64,000 bases of DNA from Flavobacteriales bacterium (GCA_022425195.1 JAKMFX010000040.1:136029-200028); one strand, 5' to 3'; counted from the stretch's first letter, positions 29,087 to 39,537 are shown. A program made the numbers and translations. The notes: generated from the letters alone by a model not told the origin.

Positions 29087-30095
29087 GTTTCTTGAATTGA
29101 AAGTACAGAGAAATTTGCAGGACAAACAATAAGCTTGCTGCCACCAAATGGATTGGTTGCATCAAGGCCATCATATCAAAATAGGTGAGAATGATACCAC
29201 TCACAGCTTCTATAGCCACCACTAACACCAATACGTTTATCCCCGGAAACCTATTCTGTAACTTGTAGTTTCTCAAGAACAACAAAGCATGAACAAGAAC
29301 AAGTGAAATGGCAAAAGATCTGTGAAATTTAAAGGTATTTCCTGCCATGCCGATCCACAGATCCCTTTGGGTATGATCTAGGCTTCTTGATATTTCATCA
29401 ATCAATTGTCGAACCTGAGTCCCCAAGGTAATTTGTATTAAACTTAATACGATGGCCACAACAAGAATCGTATTCAGTGTTTTGTCAAAAACTAGAGTAC
29501 TTTTGGCGCTTGATTCGGGCAGCTCACTAATCAGATAGACCATTAAAGCGATGATAAGCAAAGCCACAAGCATGTGTATGGTGATTTGTGAAGGCTGCAG
29601 GACAGAGTATACCACCGTTGCTCCCAGCCATGCCTGAAACCCCATGAGAAAGACCACAATCCCACTGAGAAAAACAATCTTCCTTTTAGCGTTCCAAAAC
29701 CTAAAAGACATCAACAACATCACAAAGGTGAAAACACCTGAAAGGGCACCTATCAATCGGTTGATGTACTCAAACCAAGTATGCGTTGGGTTGAATATGG
29801 CATAGTCGTGTTTGGTGTAAGGCAGCCAATTGGCAGTACTGAAGTTCTCGCTACTCGTAAAGTCGGTCTTTGCCGACCATAATTCCTCTTCATAAATAAT
29901 CATCTGCCCCTCGAAAAAGGAATGACTTTCCTTCCATTCAATTTGAGAAACAGATGTTGGAGGGATTAGATATCCAAAACACTTTGGCCAATCCGGGCAG
30001 CCCATTCCTGAACCCGTCATACGAACCACTGATCCGGCAACGATGATCAGAAAAATACTTACGAGGGTGAATTTTGCAAAAAATTTAAACGTCAT
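29073..30095 (-). CDS. ctaA: COX15/CtaA-family haem A synthase
   Basis: It is polytopic with an N-terminal GSGMGCPDWPKC motif and conserved His residues in its helices. Confidence 0.85.
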   Translation of the reverse strand: MTFKFFAKFTLVSIFLIIVAGSVVRMTGSGMGCPDWPKCFGYLIPPTSVSQIEWKESHSFFEGQMIIYEEELWSAKTDFTSSENFSTANWLPYTKHDYAIFNPTHTWFEYINRLIGALSGVFTFVMLLMSFRFWNAKRKIVFLSGIVVFLMGFQAWLGATVVYSVLQPSQITIHMLVALLIIALMVYLISELPESSAKSTLVFDKTLNTILVVAIVLSLIQITLGTQVRQLIDEISRSLDHTQRDLWIGMAGNTFKFHRSFAISLVLVHALLFLRNYKLQNRFPGINVLVLVVAIEAVSGIILTYFDMMALMQPIHLVAASLLFVLQISLYFQFKKLKTR

Positions 30096-30192
30096 GCTTT
30101 ATGGATTAACTTAGGGAATCGAGACAAAAAGAGCTTGCATTGAAAACAACACGTATGGGCTACATTCCTATTCCGTGAGAACCAAAAACAAA

Positions 30193-30648
30193 CTAGTTCC
30201 CACCACAACTTTTTGGAGCTGCTTTGGGACTCGCTTTGGACTCTGAAGCCTCACACTTAGCTTTTTCTTCAGGCGTACAAGTCTTATACGATTTGGTTGC
30301 GCAACAAGATTTGGCAGAAACCAAAGCTGCTTTGAAAGCACCATTTCTGTAGGTATTTACAAAATCTACCAAAGAGGCTTCTGATGTAACGGCTGCGTCA
30401 TAAGACACGCTGGCCGTAGCTGAGCTGAAGTCTACCAAGGCATCACTCACACCATCAACATTCTTTAATTCTACTTCTATGGAACGCGCACAACCCATAG
30501 CACAAGTCATTCCCTCAATGTTCATCTGCATTTTTCCTGAAGTAGACACCTCCTGAGCAGCTTCTTTAGATTGAGCCGTAGATTCCGAGCATGAAATCAT
30601 GGTAATCAATAGGGATAATGCCCAACTAAATTTCATCAACTTATTCAT
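30193..30648 (-). CDS. Heavy-metal-associated (HMA) domain lipoprotein with Cys-rich tail
   Basis: It has a lipoprotein signal (MISCS) and an HMA-like region (IEGMTCAMGCARSIE). The C-terminus is Cys-rich (SAKSCCATKSYKTCTPEEKAKCE...SCGGN). Confidence 0.75.
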   Translation of the reverse strand: MNKLMKFSWALSLLITMISCSESTAQSKEAAQEVSTSGKMQMNIEGMTCAMGCARSIEVELKNVDGVSDALVDFSSATASVSYDAAVTSEASLVDFVNTYRNGAFKAALVSAKSCCATKSYKTCTPEEKAKCEASESKASPKAAPKSCGGN

Positions 30649-30675
30649 TATTTTCTTCTTTTAAGATTAATATGG

Positions 30676-30683
30676 CAAAGGTA
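30676..30683 (-). promoter_or_regulatory. Candidate -7 box (TACCTTTG on the minus strand) for the HMA gene
   Basis: It matches TAnnTTTG 27 nt upstream of the ATG. It is one arm of the 10-bp inverted repeat GCAAAGGTAC/GTACCTTTGC. Confidence 0.4.
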
Positions 30684-30714
30684 CGAATTATCATCAATAA
30701 CAGGTTTAAATCAG

Positions 30715-30722
30715 TACCTTTG
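30715..30722 (+). promoter_or_regulatory. Candidate -7 box TACCTTTG for the DMT transporter gene
   Basis: It matches TAnnTTTG 37 nt upstream of the ATG at 30760. It is the other arm of the inverted repeat. Confidence 0.4.
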
Positions 30723-30759
30723 CACGCGGTATTAACAGCAATTTAACTAAAGCTTACAA

Positions 30760-31644
30760 ATGCTCAAGAGAATCGATACCCCTTTGGGTCACTGGATCAT
30801 ACTTCTTTCACTGTCACTTATCTGGGGTAGCTCTTTCATTTTAATGAAAAGAGGCCTTGACGCCTTTAGCTTTGAGCAGGTCGCTACCCTTCGCCTCTCT
30901 ATTGCTTTTATCTCTGTAGCTCTACTGGGGAGAAAATTTTACAGACAAATTCCCACCCAAAGTTTATGGGCACTGTTCGGAACGGGTTTCGTTGGTAGCG
31001 CCATTCCCGCCATCCTATTTAGTAAAGCTGAAACTTATCTGGAGTCTGGCCTGGTAGGGATGCTTAACGTCTTAACCCCACTTTTCACTTTATTTATTGG
31101 CGTTGTTTTTTATGCACTTAAAGTAAAGCGTGCCAATTACCTAGGCGCCTTTGTTGGGGTGATTGGAACGGTATTCCTTCTCTTTCCCGAAATACAGGAA
31201 CTAAACATGAAGACGCTGCAGTACAGCATGATGGTTATCGTGGCTACAGCTTGTTATGGCTGGAGTGCCAACATCATTAAAGCGCATTTACAACATTTGA
31301 ATGCCTTGCAGATCACGACACTCTCTCTAACTTTTGTGGGGCCTTGGGCCATAATACACCTATTTTCTGGAGACTTTATTGAAGTCATGCAATCCCACCC
31401 TAAAGCATGGGCAAGCTTCGGATATACTGCAATTTTAGCCATTACCAGCTCTGTGCTATCCGTAATAGCCTTCAACAAATTAATCAAAATGACAGGTGCG
31501 GTTTTCGCAACCTCTTGCACCTACATCATCTCCATCATCGCAATACTATGGGGGGTTATTGATCAAGAAACAATTACCATACACCAAATCACAGGATTTA
31601 CCATCATCATTGCTGGAGTCTACTTGGTCAATAAAAGATCCTAA
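30760..31644 (+). CDS. DMT-superfamily (EamA-like) transporter
   Basis: The 294-aa product has about 10 TM helices arranged as two EamA-like halves. Confidence 0.85.
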   Translation: MLKRIDTPLGHWIILLSLSLIWGSSFILMKRGLDAFSFEQVATLRLSIAFISVALLGRKFYRQIPTQSLWALFGTGFVGSAIPAILFSKAETYLESGLVGMLNVLTPLFTLFIGVVFYALKVKRANYLGAFVGVIGTVFLLFPEIQELNMKTLQYSMMVIVATACYGWSANIIKAHLQHLNALQITTLSLTFVGPWAIIHLFSGDFIEVMQSHPKAWASFGYTAILAITSSVLSVIAFNKLIKMTGAVFATSCTYIISIIAILWGVIDQETITIHQITGFTIIIAGVYLVNKRS

Positions 31645-31649
31645 ACCGA

Positions 31650-31680
31650 TTTGCCAGTTTGGTATAATTGTGTAATTTTG
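31650..31680 (+). promoter_or_regulatory. Candidate promoter for rplU-rpmA (-33 TTTG, 19-nt spacer, -7 TAATTTTG)
   Basis: TTTG lies at 31650-31653 and TAATTTTG at 31673-31680. The spacing matches the Bacteroidota sigma-A consensus. It is 40 nt upstream of the rplU ATG. Confidence 0.5.
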
Positions 31681-31719
31681 CAGACCATTTAGTATTTTAA
31701 ATAAACCAAACCATAGCAG

Positions 31720-32094
31720 ATGTACGCAATTGTAGAGATAGCAGGGCATCAATACAAAGTTGAAAAAGATCAACGCATCTTTGTTAACCGTCTTGAAGGA
31801 AAAGAAGGTTCGAAAGTTACTTTCGACAATGTTCTTTTGATTGAAGACAAAGGCAAAGTTACCGTTGGCGCCCCAGCTATAAAAGGTGCAAAAGTCTCAG
31901 CGAAGATTGAGAGCCACCTGAAAGGAGACAAAGTAATCGTCTTCAAAAAGAAAAGAAGAAAAGGCTATAAAGTGAAAAATGGGCACCGTCAGTACTTAAC
32001 ATCGTTAACGATCGGTACCATCACTAAAAAAGCACCAGCAAAAAAGGCCGCGACTAAAAAAGAAGCGCCTAAAACTGAAACAGCAAAAGCCTAA
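31720..32094 (+). CDS. rplU: 50S ribosomal protein L21 (with K/A-rich C-terminal extension)
   Basis: [14 protein letters not shown]... is the canonical L21 N-terminus. Confidence 0.97.
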   Translation: MYAIVEIAGHQYKVEKDQRIFVNRLEGKEGSKVTFDNVLLIEDKGKVTVGAPAIKGAKVSAKIESHLKGDKVIVFKKKRRKGYKVKNGHRQYLTSLTIGTITKKAPAKKAATKKEAPKTETAKA

Positions 32095-32119
32095 TTAATT
32101 AACCAAAAAAAATTGAACC

Positions 32120-32380
32120 ATGGCTCATAAGAAAGGTGTCGGTAGTTCCAAAAACGGTCGTGAATCAGAATCGAAACGACTAGGAATCAAAATTTACGGT
32201 GGTCAATTAGCTATTGCTGGTAACATCATCGTTAGACAAAGAGGTACAAAACACAATCCAGGTGAAAATGTAGGTATAGGTAAAGACCATACCTTGTTTG
32301 CCCTATGTGATGGTACCATTCAATTTAAAAAGAAAAGAGACAACAGATCTTACGTAAGCGTTGTACCATTCGCTGAGTAA
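32120..32380 (+). CDS. rpmA: 50S ribosomal protein L27
   Basis: [22 protein letters not shown] is the canonical L27 N-terminus. Confidence 0.97.
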   Translation: MAHKKGVGSSKNGRESESKRLGIKIYGGQLAIAGNIIVRQRGTKHNPGENVGIGKDHTLFALCDGTIQFKKKRDNRSYVSVVPFAE

Positions 32381-32400
32381 CTCATTTCTTTATCATATCT

Positions 32401-32434
32401 AAAAGACCTTTCCCTTGGAAGGGTCTTTTTTTTT
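32401..32434 (+). terminator. Intrinsic terminator after rpmA
   Basis: The sequence is GACCTTTCC-CTTG-GGAAGGGTC followed by a run of nine T. Confidence 0.8.
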
Positions 32435-32454
32435 GGCCTGTGTTTTTCTGATGT

Positions 32455-33123
32455 CTAAACCCTAGGGGCGAACTGCATTTCGGGAACCTCACCATCTATC
32501 AATAAACACCCTTCGGTGGCTGCTTGTATTTCTTGAACCGTCACCCCGGGTGCGCGCTCTATAAGCTTGAATCCTTCATCTGGAATGACTTCCATCACAG
32601 CTAAATTGGTGACTATTTTTTTCACACATGCCACACCCGTAAGAGGCAAAGAGCAGTTTTTCAGGAGTTTAGAATGACCTTTTTTGTTGGTGTGCATCAT
32701 GGCTACAATAATGTTTTCTGCTGAAGCAACTAAATCCATGGCGCCCCCCATGCCTTTCACCATTTTACCTGGGATTTTCCAATTGGCGATGTCGCCATTT
32801 TCAGAAACCTCCATAGCACCCAATACGGTGAGCTGAACATGTTGTCCACGAATCATTGCAAAACTTGTCGCGGAATCAAAATAAACAGCTCCATCAAGAG
32901 CTGTTATTGTTTGCTTTCCAGCATTGATGAGATCCGGATCCTCCATACCTTCAAAAGGGAAGGGCCCCATTCCTAAAATTCCATTCTCCGATTGAAATTC
33001 AATAGAGATTCCCTTAGGGACATAATTTGCGACAAGCGTGGGAATTCCGATGCCTAAATTCACATAAAACCCATCTTTCAGCTCTTGAGCAATTCGCTTT
33101 GCGATGCCTATTTTATCTAACAT
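32455..33123 (-). CDS. scoB: 3-oxoacid CoA-transferase subunit B
   Basis: The SENG motif (FQSENGILGMGP) is present and the gene is paired with subunit A. Confidence 0.9.
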   Translation of the reverse strand: MLDKIGIAKRIAQELKDGFYVNLGIGIPTLVANYVPKGISIEFQSENGILGMGPFPFEGMEDPDLINAGKQTITALDGAVYFDSATSFAMIRGQHVQLTVLGAMEVSENGDIANWKIPGKMVKGMGGAMDLVASAENIIVAMMHTNKKGHSKLLKNCSLPLTGVACVKKIVTNLAVMEVIPDEGFKLIERAPGVTVQEIQAATEGCLLIDGEVPEMQFAPRV

Positions 33124-33207
33124 AACAATTGGCTAATGATTAACTCACAATGACTGATACTCTTTGATGCATAGTGACAGAAGCTTTCACACCAAAACAT
33201 AATTTGA

Positions 33208-33906
33208 TCATGTTTTTCTCAGCGTACGTTGCTCAATACGCTTTTCATATTTTTCTCCTTGAAAGATTCGCTGTACAAATATACCTGGGGTATGAATTTC
33301 ATTGGGGTCAAGGGCGCCTACAGGCAGTAATTCCTCTACCTCTGCAACGGTAATTTTCCCTGCCATGGCCATCATGGGGTTGAAGTTCTTAGCTGTGGCC
33401 TTATAAATAAGATTTCCCGCTGCATCGCCTTTCCAAGCTTTCACAATGGCAAAATCTGCATGGAGTGCATGCTCCAGAATATGGGGTTTCCCGTTAAAAA
33501 GTCGCGCTTCCTTTCCCTCAGCAACTTCTGTCCCGAAGCCGGCGGGGGTGAAAAATGCAGGGATACCAGCTCCTCCAGCCCTACATCGCTCAGCTAAAGA
33601 GCCCTGAGGAATTAAATCTACCTCTAGTTCTCCACTTAACATTTGTCGCTCAAATTCTTCATTCTCTCCTACGTATGAGGAAATCATCTTTTTAATCTGT
33701 TTGCCCTTAAGCAAAAGACCCAGACCAAAATCATCAACACCTGCATTGTTTGAAATACAGGTTAAGCCATTCGTTTTCATCTTCACCAGCTCTGCAATGG
33801 AATTTTCGGGAATGCCACAGATGCCGAAACCTCCCAACATAAGCGTCATTCCATCTTTGATACCTGACAGCGCATGATGTGCACTAGAAACAACTTTATC
33901 AATCAT
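33208..33906 (-). CDS. scoA: 3-oxoacid CoA-transferase subunit A
   Basis: The pattern GFGICGIPE...[20 protein letters not shown] is present. Confidence 0.9.
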   Translation of the reverse strand: MIDKVVSSAHHALSGIKDGMTLMLGGFGICGIPENSIAELVKMKTNGLTCISNNAGVDDFGLGLLLKGKQIKKMISSYVGENEEFERQMLSGELEVDLIPQGSLAERCRAGGAGIPAFFTPAGFGTEVAEGKEARLFNGKPHILEHALHADFAIVKAWKGDAAGNLIYKATAKNFNPMMAMAGKITVAEVEELLPVGALDPNEIHTPGIFVQRIFQGEKYEKRIEQRTLRKT

Positions 33907-34027
33907 AATTGTAATCTATCAATCTATTTTGTGAGGAAAAATATGGTCTAAGACCATACGAAGTCCTATAAAAATAGCAAAAATTACACCATTAATTGAA
34001 AAAGGGGAGTAAAGGAAAAGGGTGCGG

Positions 34028-36358
34028 TTAAAATTCTTCCTCTTCAAGTTCGTCATCAAAACTGATGCGTTCTTTTTCGAATTTTGCACAATCCAACTCT
34101 ATAGAGAGGTCTTTAGGGGTCTCAAAATCTGCTTTGGAAATTCCCAAATCAGGGTCTTTATAAACGCGCTTCATGTATTCACCCCAAATCGGTAAAGCGA
34201 CATTCGCCCCTTGACCTAAAGTGACGGTTCGGAAATGCACAGATCTATCTTCAGCCCCAGTCCACACACCAGTAACTAGATTGGGAACTACGCCAATAAA
34301 CCACCCATCAGATTGATTTTGTGTGGTACCTGTCTTACCGGCAATTTGATTTCTAAAACCGTACTTCCATCGCAATCGAACTCCAGAACCGTTTTTGGTA
34401 ACTCCTTGCATTAAGTCGAGCATCACATAAGCTTTTTCTTCACTGAGCACCTCTTTGGTGGTAGGGCTTATTTGGTGAAGAACCACCCCATTTTTATCCT
34501 CTATTCGATTTAAAAAAACAGGACTCGTATAAACGCCTTTATTGGCAAACGTACCGTAGGCACCCACCATTTCAAAAATGGACACGTCTGGGGTTCCCAA
34601 ACAGATGGAGGGTGCTGGAGGGATTCGACCTTCAAGCCCCATAGCTCTTGCCATCTTTCTAACTTTTCTTGGACCTACTTGTTTCATCAAATAAGCCGTT
34701 ACCGTGTTGATGGATTTTGCCAGAGCTTGTTTTAAATTCAATTCTCCACCATATACATCCCCTGAATTCCTGGGGATCCAATCTTCCTCCAGACCCCATC
34801 GTTCTTTCTCAAAGGCAACCTGAACGTTGGGGACGTTCATACAAGGTGAGTAGTTGTGTTGATCTATAGCTGTTGCATAGACAAAGGGCTTGAAAGTAGA
34901 TCCCACTTGTCGTTTGGCTTCTTTGACGTGATCGTATTTAAAATAATGATGATCAATACCACCTACCCAGGCTTTCACAAAGCCTGTTTGAGGGTCCATA
35001 GACATCATCCCTGTCTGTAAAATATACTTATAGTGTAGAATCGAATCCATTGGACTGAGGGTCGTATCCACAGAGCCCTCCCAAGTGAAAATTCGCATCG
35101 CTGCAGGGGTATTAAATATCGTATCTATTAAGTCTGAAGAAATCTGTTGTCGTCTGAGCTTTCTATATCGCTCAGAACGCTTCATAGCGGTAAGCATTAT
35201 CGTATCTACTTGGCCAGGACGCAAGGCTTCGTCAAAAGGCGGATGGGTATATCGCTCCTCATCCTCATCAAGCGCTTCCTCGATTGGCGCTACCTCTTCT
35301 CCCTCTTCAAGTGGCTCGGGTTCTTCATAAACCTCCACATCCCAATGCTCATAGAACTGTTCCTGTAAAATGGGCATGTGGGTAGCCACCGCTTCCTCCG
35401 CATACTGTTGCATTCGAGAATCTAGGGTAGTGAAAATTTTTAATCCATCGGCATAGAGATTGTATTCGGAGCCATCGGGCTTTTTATTCGCCTTCAGCCA
35501 ATCTTTCATATACCTTCGCAAGTGCTCTCTAAAATAGGGCGCCAAACCATCATTGTGATTGGCGCGTTTGAAGTCTAGCTCAATGGGTAAAACTTTCAAG
35601 GAGTCGCGTTGTTCTTCTGAAATGATACCATTTCTATACATTTGACCGAAGACCACGTTCCTTCTTTTTAGTGCATTATCGGGAAAGCGTTTTGGGTTGT
35701 ACCTAGATGGATTTTTTGCCATCCCCACAAGCAAAGCGGCTTGCTCAATGGTCAATTGATCTGGTGTTGTGTTGAAGTAAATTTTTGCTGCCGACTTAAC
35801 ACCCACCGCGAGATAAAGGAAGTCGAACTTATTCAGATACATGGTTAGTATTTCATCTTTCGTGAAATTTCGCTCCAAGCGAACCGAGATGACCCACTCT
35901 TTAAACTTTTGCAAAACTCGCTCTACGATGTTGGAAGAGACGTCTGTAAAAAGCATTTTTGACAATTGTTGAGTAATCGTAGACCCCCCGCCCGCACTTC
36001 TTCCAGTTAGGGCCCCAACAATCGCTCTTCCCAATGACTTGGCATCTATAGCGGAATGTGTTCTAAAGCGTTCGTCTTCTGTAGAGATGAGGGCATTCAC
36101 CAGATGATGAGACAGCTCTTCATAGGTTACAGGAGTCCTATTTTCATAAAAGAACTTCCCGAGAAGCACCCCGTCGGAGGCATATATTTCTGTCGCCAGA
36201 TTTTGTTGAGGATTCTCCAATTCCTCAAAAGAAGGCAGTGGGCCAAACCAACCCATAGAGGCAAACCATACTCCGCAGCCAATTCCGAGGATAGGCCCTA
36301 AGATTGCCATCCAAAACAAACGAATGAACCAGGAAGATAGTTTTCTTTTAACGCTCAT
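34028..36358 (-). CDS. mrcA: Penicillin-binding protein 1A (bifunctional transglycosylase/transpeptidase)
   Basis: The GT51 motifs (EDERF, GGSTITQQL, RKxxE) and the transpeptidase motifs STFKP and KTGTT are present. Confidence 0.93.
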   Translation of the reverse strand: MSVKRKLSSWFIRLFWMAILGPILGIGCGVWFASMGWFGPLPSFEELENPQQNLATEIYASDGVLLGKFFYENRTPVTYEELSHHLVNALISTEDERFRTHSAIDAKSLGRAIVGALTGRSAGGGSTITQQLSKMLFTDVSSNIVERVLQKFKEWVISVRLERNFTKDEILTMYLNKFDFLYLAVGVKSAAKIYFNTTPDQLTIEQAALLVGMAKNPSRYNPKRFPDNALKRRNVVFGQMYRNGIISEEQRDSLKVLPIELDFKRANHNDGLAPYFREHLRRYMKDWLKANKKPDGSEYNLYADGLKIFTTLDSRMQQYAEEAVATHMPILQEQFYEHWDVEVYEEPEPLEEGEEVAPIEEALDEDEERYTHPPFDEALRPGQVDTIMLTAMKRSERYRKLRRQQISSDLIDTIFNTPAAMRIFTWEGSVDTTLSPMDSILHYKYILQTGMMSMDPQTGFVKAWVGGIDHHYFKYDHVKEAKRQVGSTFKPFVYATAIDQHNYSPCMNVPNVQVAFEKERWGLEEDWIPRNSGDVYGGELNLKQALAKSINTVTAYLMKQVGPRKVRKMARAMGLEGRIPPAPSICLGTPDVSIFEMVGAYGTFANKGVYTSPVFLNRIEDKNGVVLHQISPTTKEVLSEEKAYVMLDLMQGVTKNGSGVRLRWKYGFRNQIAGKTGTTQNQSDGWFIGVVPNLVTGVWTGAEDRSVHFRTVTLGQGANVALPIWGEYMKRVYKDPDLGISKADFETPKDLSIELDCAKFEKERISFDDELEEEEF

Positions 36359-36360
36359 GT

Positions 36361-36834
36361 TTAATGGGATTCTTCAATTCGCATACCCAAATCCTCAAGA
36401 CCTAAAAGCAGCTCGTCGCGCATGCCGTGTGAAAGGCTGAACTTGTAAGATCCTGGGGCTAGTGATTGTGATTTTTTGTAGATAAAAAGGTTGTGCTTTA
36501 TTTCACCAACACCGGAGCCCAACCATTTTCCATTAGGCTCAGCAAGTAAGTACTGAAGTGTATCTCTGTAAATCACTCCATTGGGATCTTCCATCTGTGC
36601 AAAAAAGAATAGGTTGGCATACAGATAGTCATTGTTATTTCGGAGTCCAATTAAGTAATCGTAAGAACCTTCTTGATCAGCACCTACCTCTACTTCAAAA
36701 TCAAGACTTAGGTCAGCAGGCCAACCATCCTCAGGTAAAGCTACGTAGGTATCAAACAAGCGGTTATTGCTGCACGAGGAAAAAAGAATAAGTACCAACA
36801 GTACCCCTAAGCTATTCTGTTTTGGTCCCATCAT
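36361..36834 (-). CDS. gldH: Gliding motility lipoprotein GldH
   Basis: The start is taken at MMGPKQNSLGVLLVLILFSSCSNN (lipoprotein signal). The ~157-aa size and the PSP1-gldH-ponA synteny fit GldH. The longer ORF to 36993 overlaps the PSP1 gene. Confidence 0.8.
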   Translation of the reverse strand: MMGPKQNSLGVLLVLILFSSCSNNRLFDTYVALPEDGWPADLSLDFEVEVGADQEGSYDYLIGLRNNNDYLYANLFFFAQMEDPNGVIYRDTLQYLLAEPNGKWLGSGVGEIKHNLFIYKKSQSLAPGSYKFSLSHGMRDELLLGLEDLGMRIEESH

Positions 36835-38134
36835 TTTTATTGCTTCTATTGCCCGAGGGTTTTTGTCCATTTCTACGTCTTCTGTTCGAACTTTTTGACG
36901 CATTTTGCTTTTTAGATCTTGGATGATCGCTTGTCGCACCAGCTTTTGAGGAAGGATTCTGATGGTTTGCAGATCTGTTTTGAGCGTTTGCATTTACGCT
37001 CTTTCTAGACCTTTGATTTCGCTTTTTATTCGGTCGCTTTCCCTTTTGTTTGTCAAAGCGAGTGATGCTGTCTTGCCCAACAACATTTTCGTAATCGTGC
37101 TTAGGCTCTTCAACGAAGGCTTGGACAAAGATCTCTAATGAATCTGGGAATTCGCCCTGCTTGTTCTGTGAGACAATTTCCTGAACCTTATCCAAATTTA
37201 ACTCAATAAAATGAGAGGGCTCACTGTGATATGAGTACCATACCTTTCGCTTAAAGATGTCCATCTTCTGCATAAAAGCATCGCCTTTTTTTGTTTTGAG
37301 CTTTACATTTGATTCAGGAAAACCCTTGATGGCCTCAACATACATGTCCAATTCATAATTGAGACAGCATTTAAGCTTCCCACATTGACCAGCCAATTTT
37401 TGAGGGTTCAAAGACAGTTGTTGGTAGCGAGCAGCACTGGTTCCTACAGAACGAAAATCATTGAGCCAAGTACTACAACAAAGCTCTCTACCGCATGAGC
37501 CAATCCCACCCATACGCTGGGCCTCTTGTCGAACACCTATCTGACGCATTTCAATACGCACCTTAAACTCATCTGCCAAAAGTTTTATCAACTCTCGGAA
37601 ATCTACGCGTCCATCGGAGGTATAGTAAAAAATCGCTTTGATGTTATCACCTTGAAACTCCACATCACCAATCTTCATATCGAGCCCCAAGTGCGATGCA
37701 ATTTCTCGGGCGCGGTACATGGTTTCTTTTTCTCTACTTCGAGCAATCCCCCATTTTTCAAGATCTGAATCGGAAGCATGTCGATACAGCGTTTTCACCT
37801 GTTCGCCTTCTACCTTAACCTTCTTTTTACGCATTTGTAAGCGCACCAACTCTCCTTTTAGAGATACCACACCAATGTCATGTCCCGGAGAGGCTTCTAC
37901 CGCAACATGGTCACCCATATGGATGTTAAGATTGTTTTTGTTTTTGAAGAATTCTTTTCGTCCGTTTTTAAAACGTACTTCAAAGATATCAAAGGGTTCT
38001 TGCCCAGCCGGTAAACTCATATTTGAAAGCCAGTTGAAAACAGGCATCTTTCCACAATTACCGGTACTGCAAGCTCCTTCACTTTTACACCCCGGAACAC
38101 TACCGGTTGATGTTGAACAACTCGTACACGCCAT
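36812..38134 (-). CDS. PSP1 domain protein (RicT-like) with long basic low-complexity tail
   Basis: A Cys-rich N-terminus is followed by the PSP1 core (GSCGRELCCSTWL...CGKLKCCLNYE). The gene is downstream of holB, as is usual. Confidence 0.85.
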   Translation of the reverse strand: MACTSCSTSTGSVPGCKSEGACSTGNCGKMPVFNWLSNMSLPAGQEPFDIFEVRFKNGRKEFFKNKNNLNIHMGDHVAVEASPGHDIGVVSLKGELVRLQMRKKKVKVEGEQVKTLYRHASDSDLEKWGIARSREKETMYRAREIASHLGLDMKIGDVEFQGDNIKAIFYYTSDGRVDFRELIKLLADEFKVRIEMRQIGVRQEAQRMGGIGSCGRELCCSTWLNDFRSVGTSAARYQQLSLNPQKLAGQCGKLKCCLNYELDMYVEAIKGFPESNVKLKTKKGDAFMQKMDIFKRKVWYSYHSEPSHFIELNLDKVQEIVSQNKQGEFPDSLEIFVQAFVEEPKHDYENVVGQDSITRFDKQKGKRPNKKRNQRSRKSVNANAQNRSANHQNPSSKAGATSDHPRSKKQNASKSSNRRRRNGQKPSGNRSNKNDGTKTE

Positions 38135-38147
38135 TTTTGTCTTTTTA

Positions 38148-39308
38148 TCAGGCCGAAACCTGTTTTAGTTTTTTATGGAGCAAGCGTGCAATCTTAAAAG
38201 AGGTATCTAAGAACAAAATCTTAGGATTTGCATTTCTTTCAATATGCAATTGCGCCATATTCAGCTCCTCCGAAATTTCCATGCAGTTGTCTGCGTGGAT
38301 AAAAGGAGCAAATTTCTCCATGGTGAAGTTTTGTCCGCCAACATTCATTTTCATCATCGCGTCAACACCATAGTTTTTCAGTAATGCATCTCGCATTACA
38401 TTGGATGCGTAAAGCAGAAAACTCTTTTGATTTTCTCTACCTGCCTTAGCCATAAGCTCAGACCATTGCACCAACTTATCAATATCTTTTACTTGTAAAG
38501 CGCTAAAGCATAAGCGCATCCACTGCACAAAACGCAAGGAATTTTCCTGCGCATCTTCTGTGTGCTCGGCAAGCTGTAGGGCTTCATTCACGTTACCCTC
38601 CGACAATGCCGAAATCATTTGAGCCCTAGAGGGATCAAGGCCTCTACTTTGAAGGAAATCCTGCACCTCCTCATCAGAATATCGAGGTACTTTCACCAAC
38701 TGAGTACGAGACAAAACGGTCGCCAACATATGCTCTGCACTTTCTGCAACCAGCAGAAAAAGCGTTTTGTTTGGCGGCTCTTCAATAATTTTCAAAAGCT
38801 TATTGGCCGCCTGAATATTCATTTTTTCGGGCATCCAAATCAGCATTATTTTGGTGTCACTTTCGAAGGGCTTCAAACTCAAATCTTTTACGATATGAGT
38901 ACTTTCTTCAACCGAAATAATTCCCTGCTTGTTTTCAACACCAATATGCTTCAACCAATCGAATAGAGAAAAATACGCATTATCCTCCAAAAGCAATCGC
39001 CATTCGGCTAAAAAATTCTTGCTGATGGGTTTTGTCTTTACCGAGGGCGTTGTCGCAACGGGGAAAACAAAGTGCAAATCCGGGTGTGCAAGCTTTCTGT
39101 GCTTCACACATGAGGCGCATTCGCCACAGGCGTCATCTTCTTGTTTGTTGGGACAAGACACATATTGAGCAAAGGCCAGAGCCAAAGCAAGATTTCCGGA
39201 ACCTCTGGAGCCAAGAAAAAGCTGTGCGTGCGGGATTCTACCCTCGCGAACGGAATGCAGCAACTCTTTTTTTGTTTTTTCTTGTCCCAGAACCTCTCTA
39301 AACAGCAT
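38148..39308 (-). CDS. holB: DNA polymerase III subunit delta'
   Basis: It has an AAA+ clamp-loader N-terminus (IPHAQLFLGSRGSGNLALA), a Zn module (CPNKQEDDACGECASC) and an SRTQ sensor motif (LSRTQ). Confidence 0.88.
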   Translation of the reverse strand: MLFREVLGQEKTKKELLHSVREGRIPHAQLFLGSRGSGNLALALAFAQYVSCPNKQEDDACGECASCVKHRKLAHPDLHFVFPVATTPSVKTKPISKNFLAEWRLLLEDNAYFSLFDWLKHIGVENKQGIISVEESTHIVKDLSLKPFESDTKIMLIWMPEKMNIQAANKLLKIIEEPPNKTLFLLVAESAEHMLATVLSRTQLVKVPRYSDEEVQDFLQSRGLDPSRAQMISALSEGNVNEALQLAEHTEDAQENSLRFVQWMRLCFSALQVKDIDKLVQWSELMAKAGRENQKSFLLYASNVMRDALLKNYGVDAMMKMNVGGQNFTMEKFAPFIHADNCMEISEELNMAQLHIERNANPKILFLDTSFKIARLLHKKLKQVSA

Positions 39309-39537
39309 AGCTCAAAGATACAATTTGAAATCAATTTGAAGAACTAAGTTTCCACTCAAATACGCGTGTTTCATCTCCGATTTTTATAAAATGGCATTTC
39401 GTAGGTCATAAGACATTAATCCTGTACGCTTTAGTCGCATTTTTATATAAATCCACTGCAATTAGCATGGCATTACTTGATAAATAAACGCTTAATTTCT
39501 ACTTTGCAAACCCCTATAAAAACTAAGAAAATTCGGA

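Noticed and set aside
30675-30723. A perfect 10-bp inverted repeat (GCAAAGGTAC ... GTACCTTTGC, 29-nt spacer) in the HMA/DMT divergent intergenic region, considered as a metal-regulator operator.
   Set aside because: Each arm contains TACCTTTG, a match to the TAnnTTTG -7 box, correctly oriented and spaced for one of the two divergent genes. Two back-to-back promoters explain it more simply. An operator role cannot be excluded.
36835-36993. The upstream extension of the gldH ORF (210-aa version).
   Set aside because: It overlaps the PSP1 gene in another frame. The Met at 36834 starts a lipoprotein signal and gives the expected GldH size.
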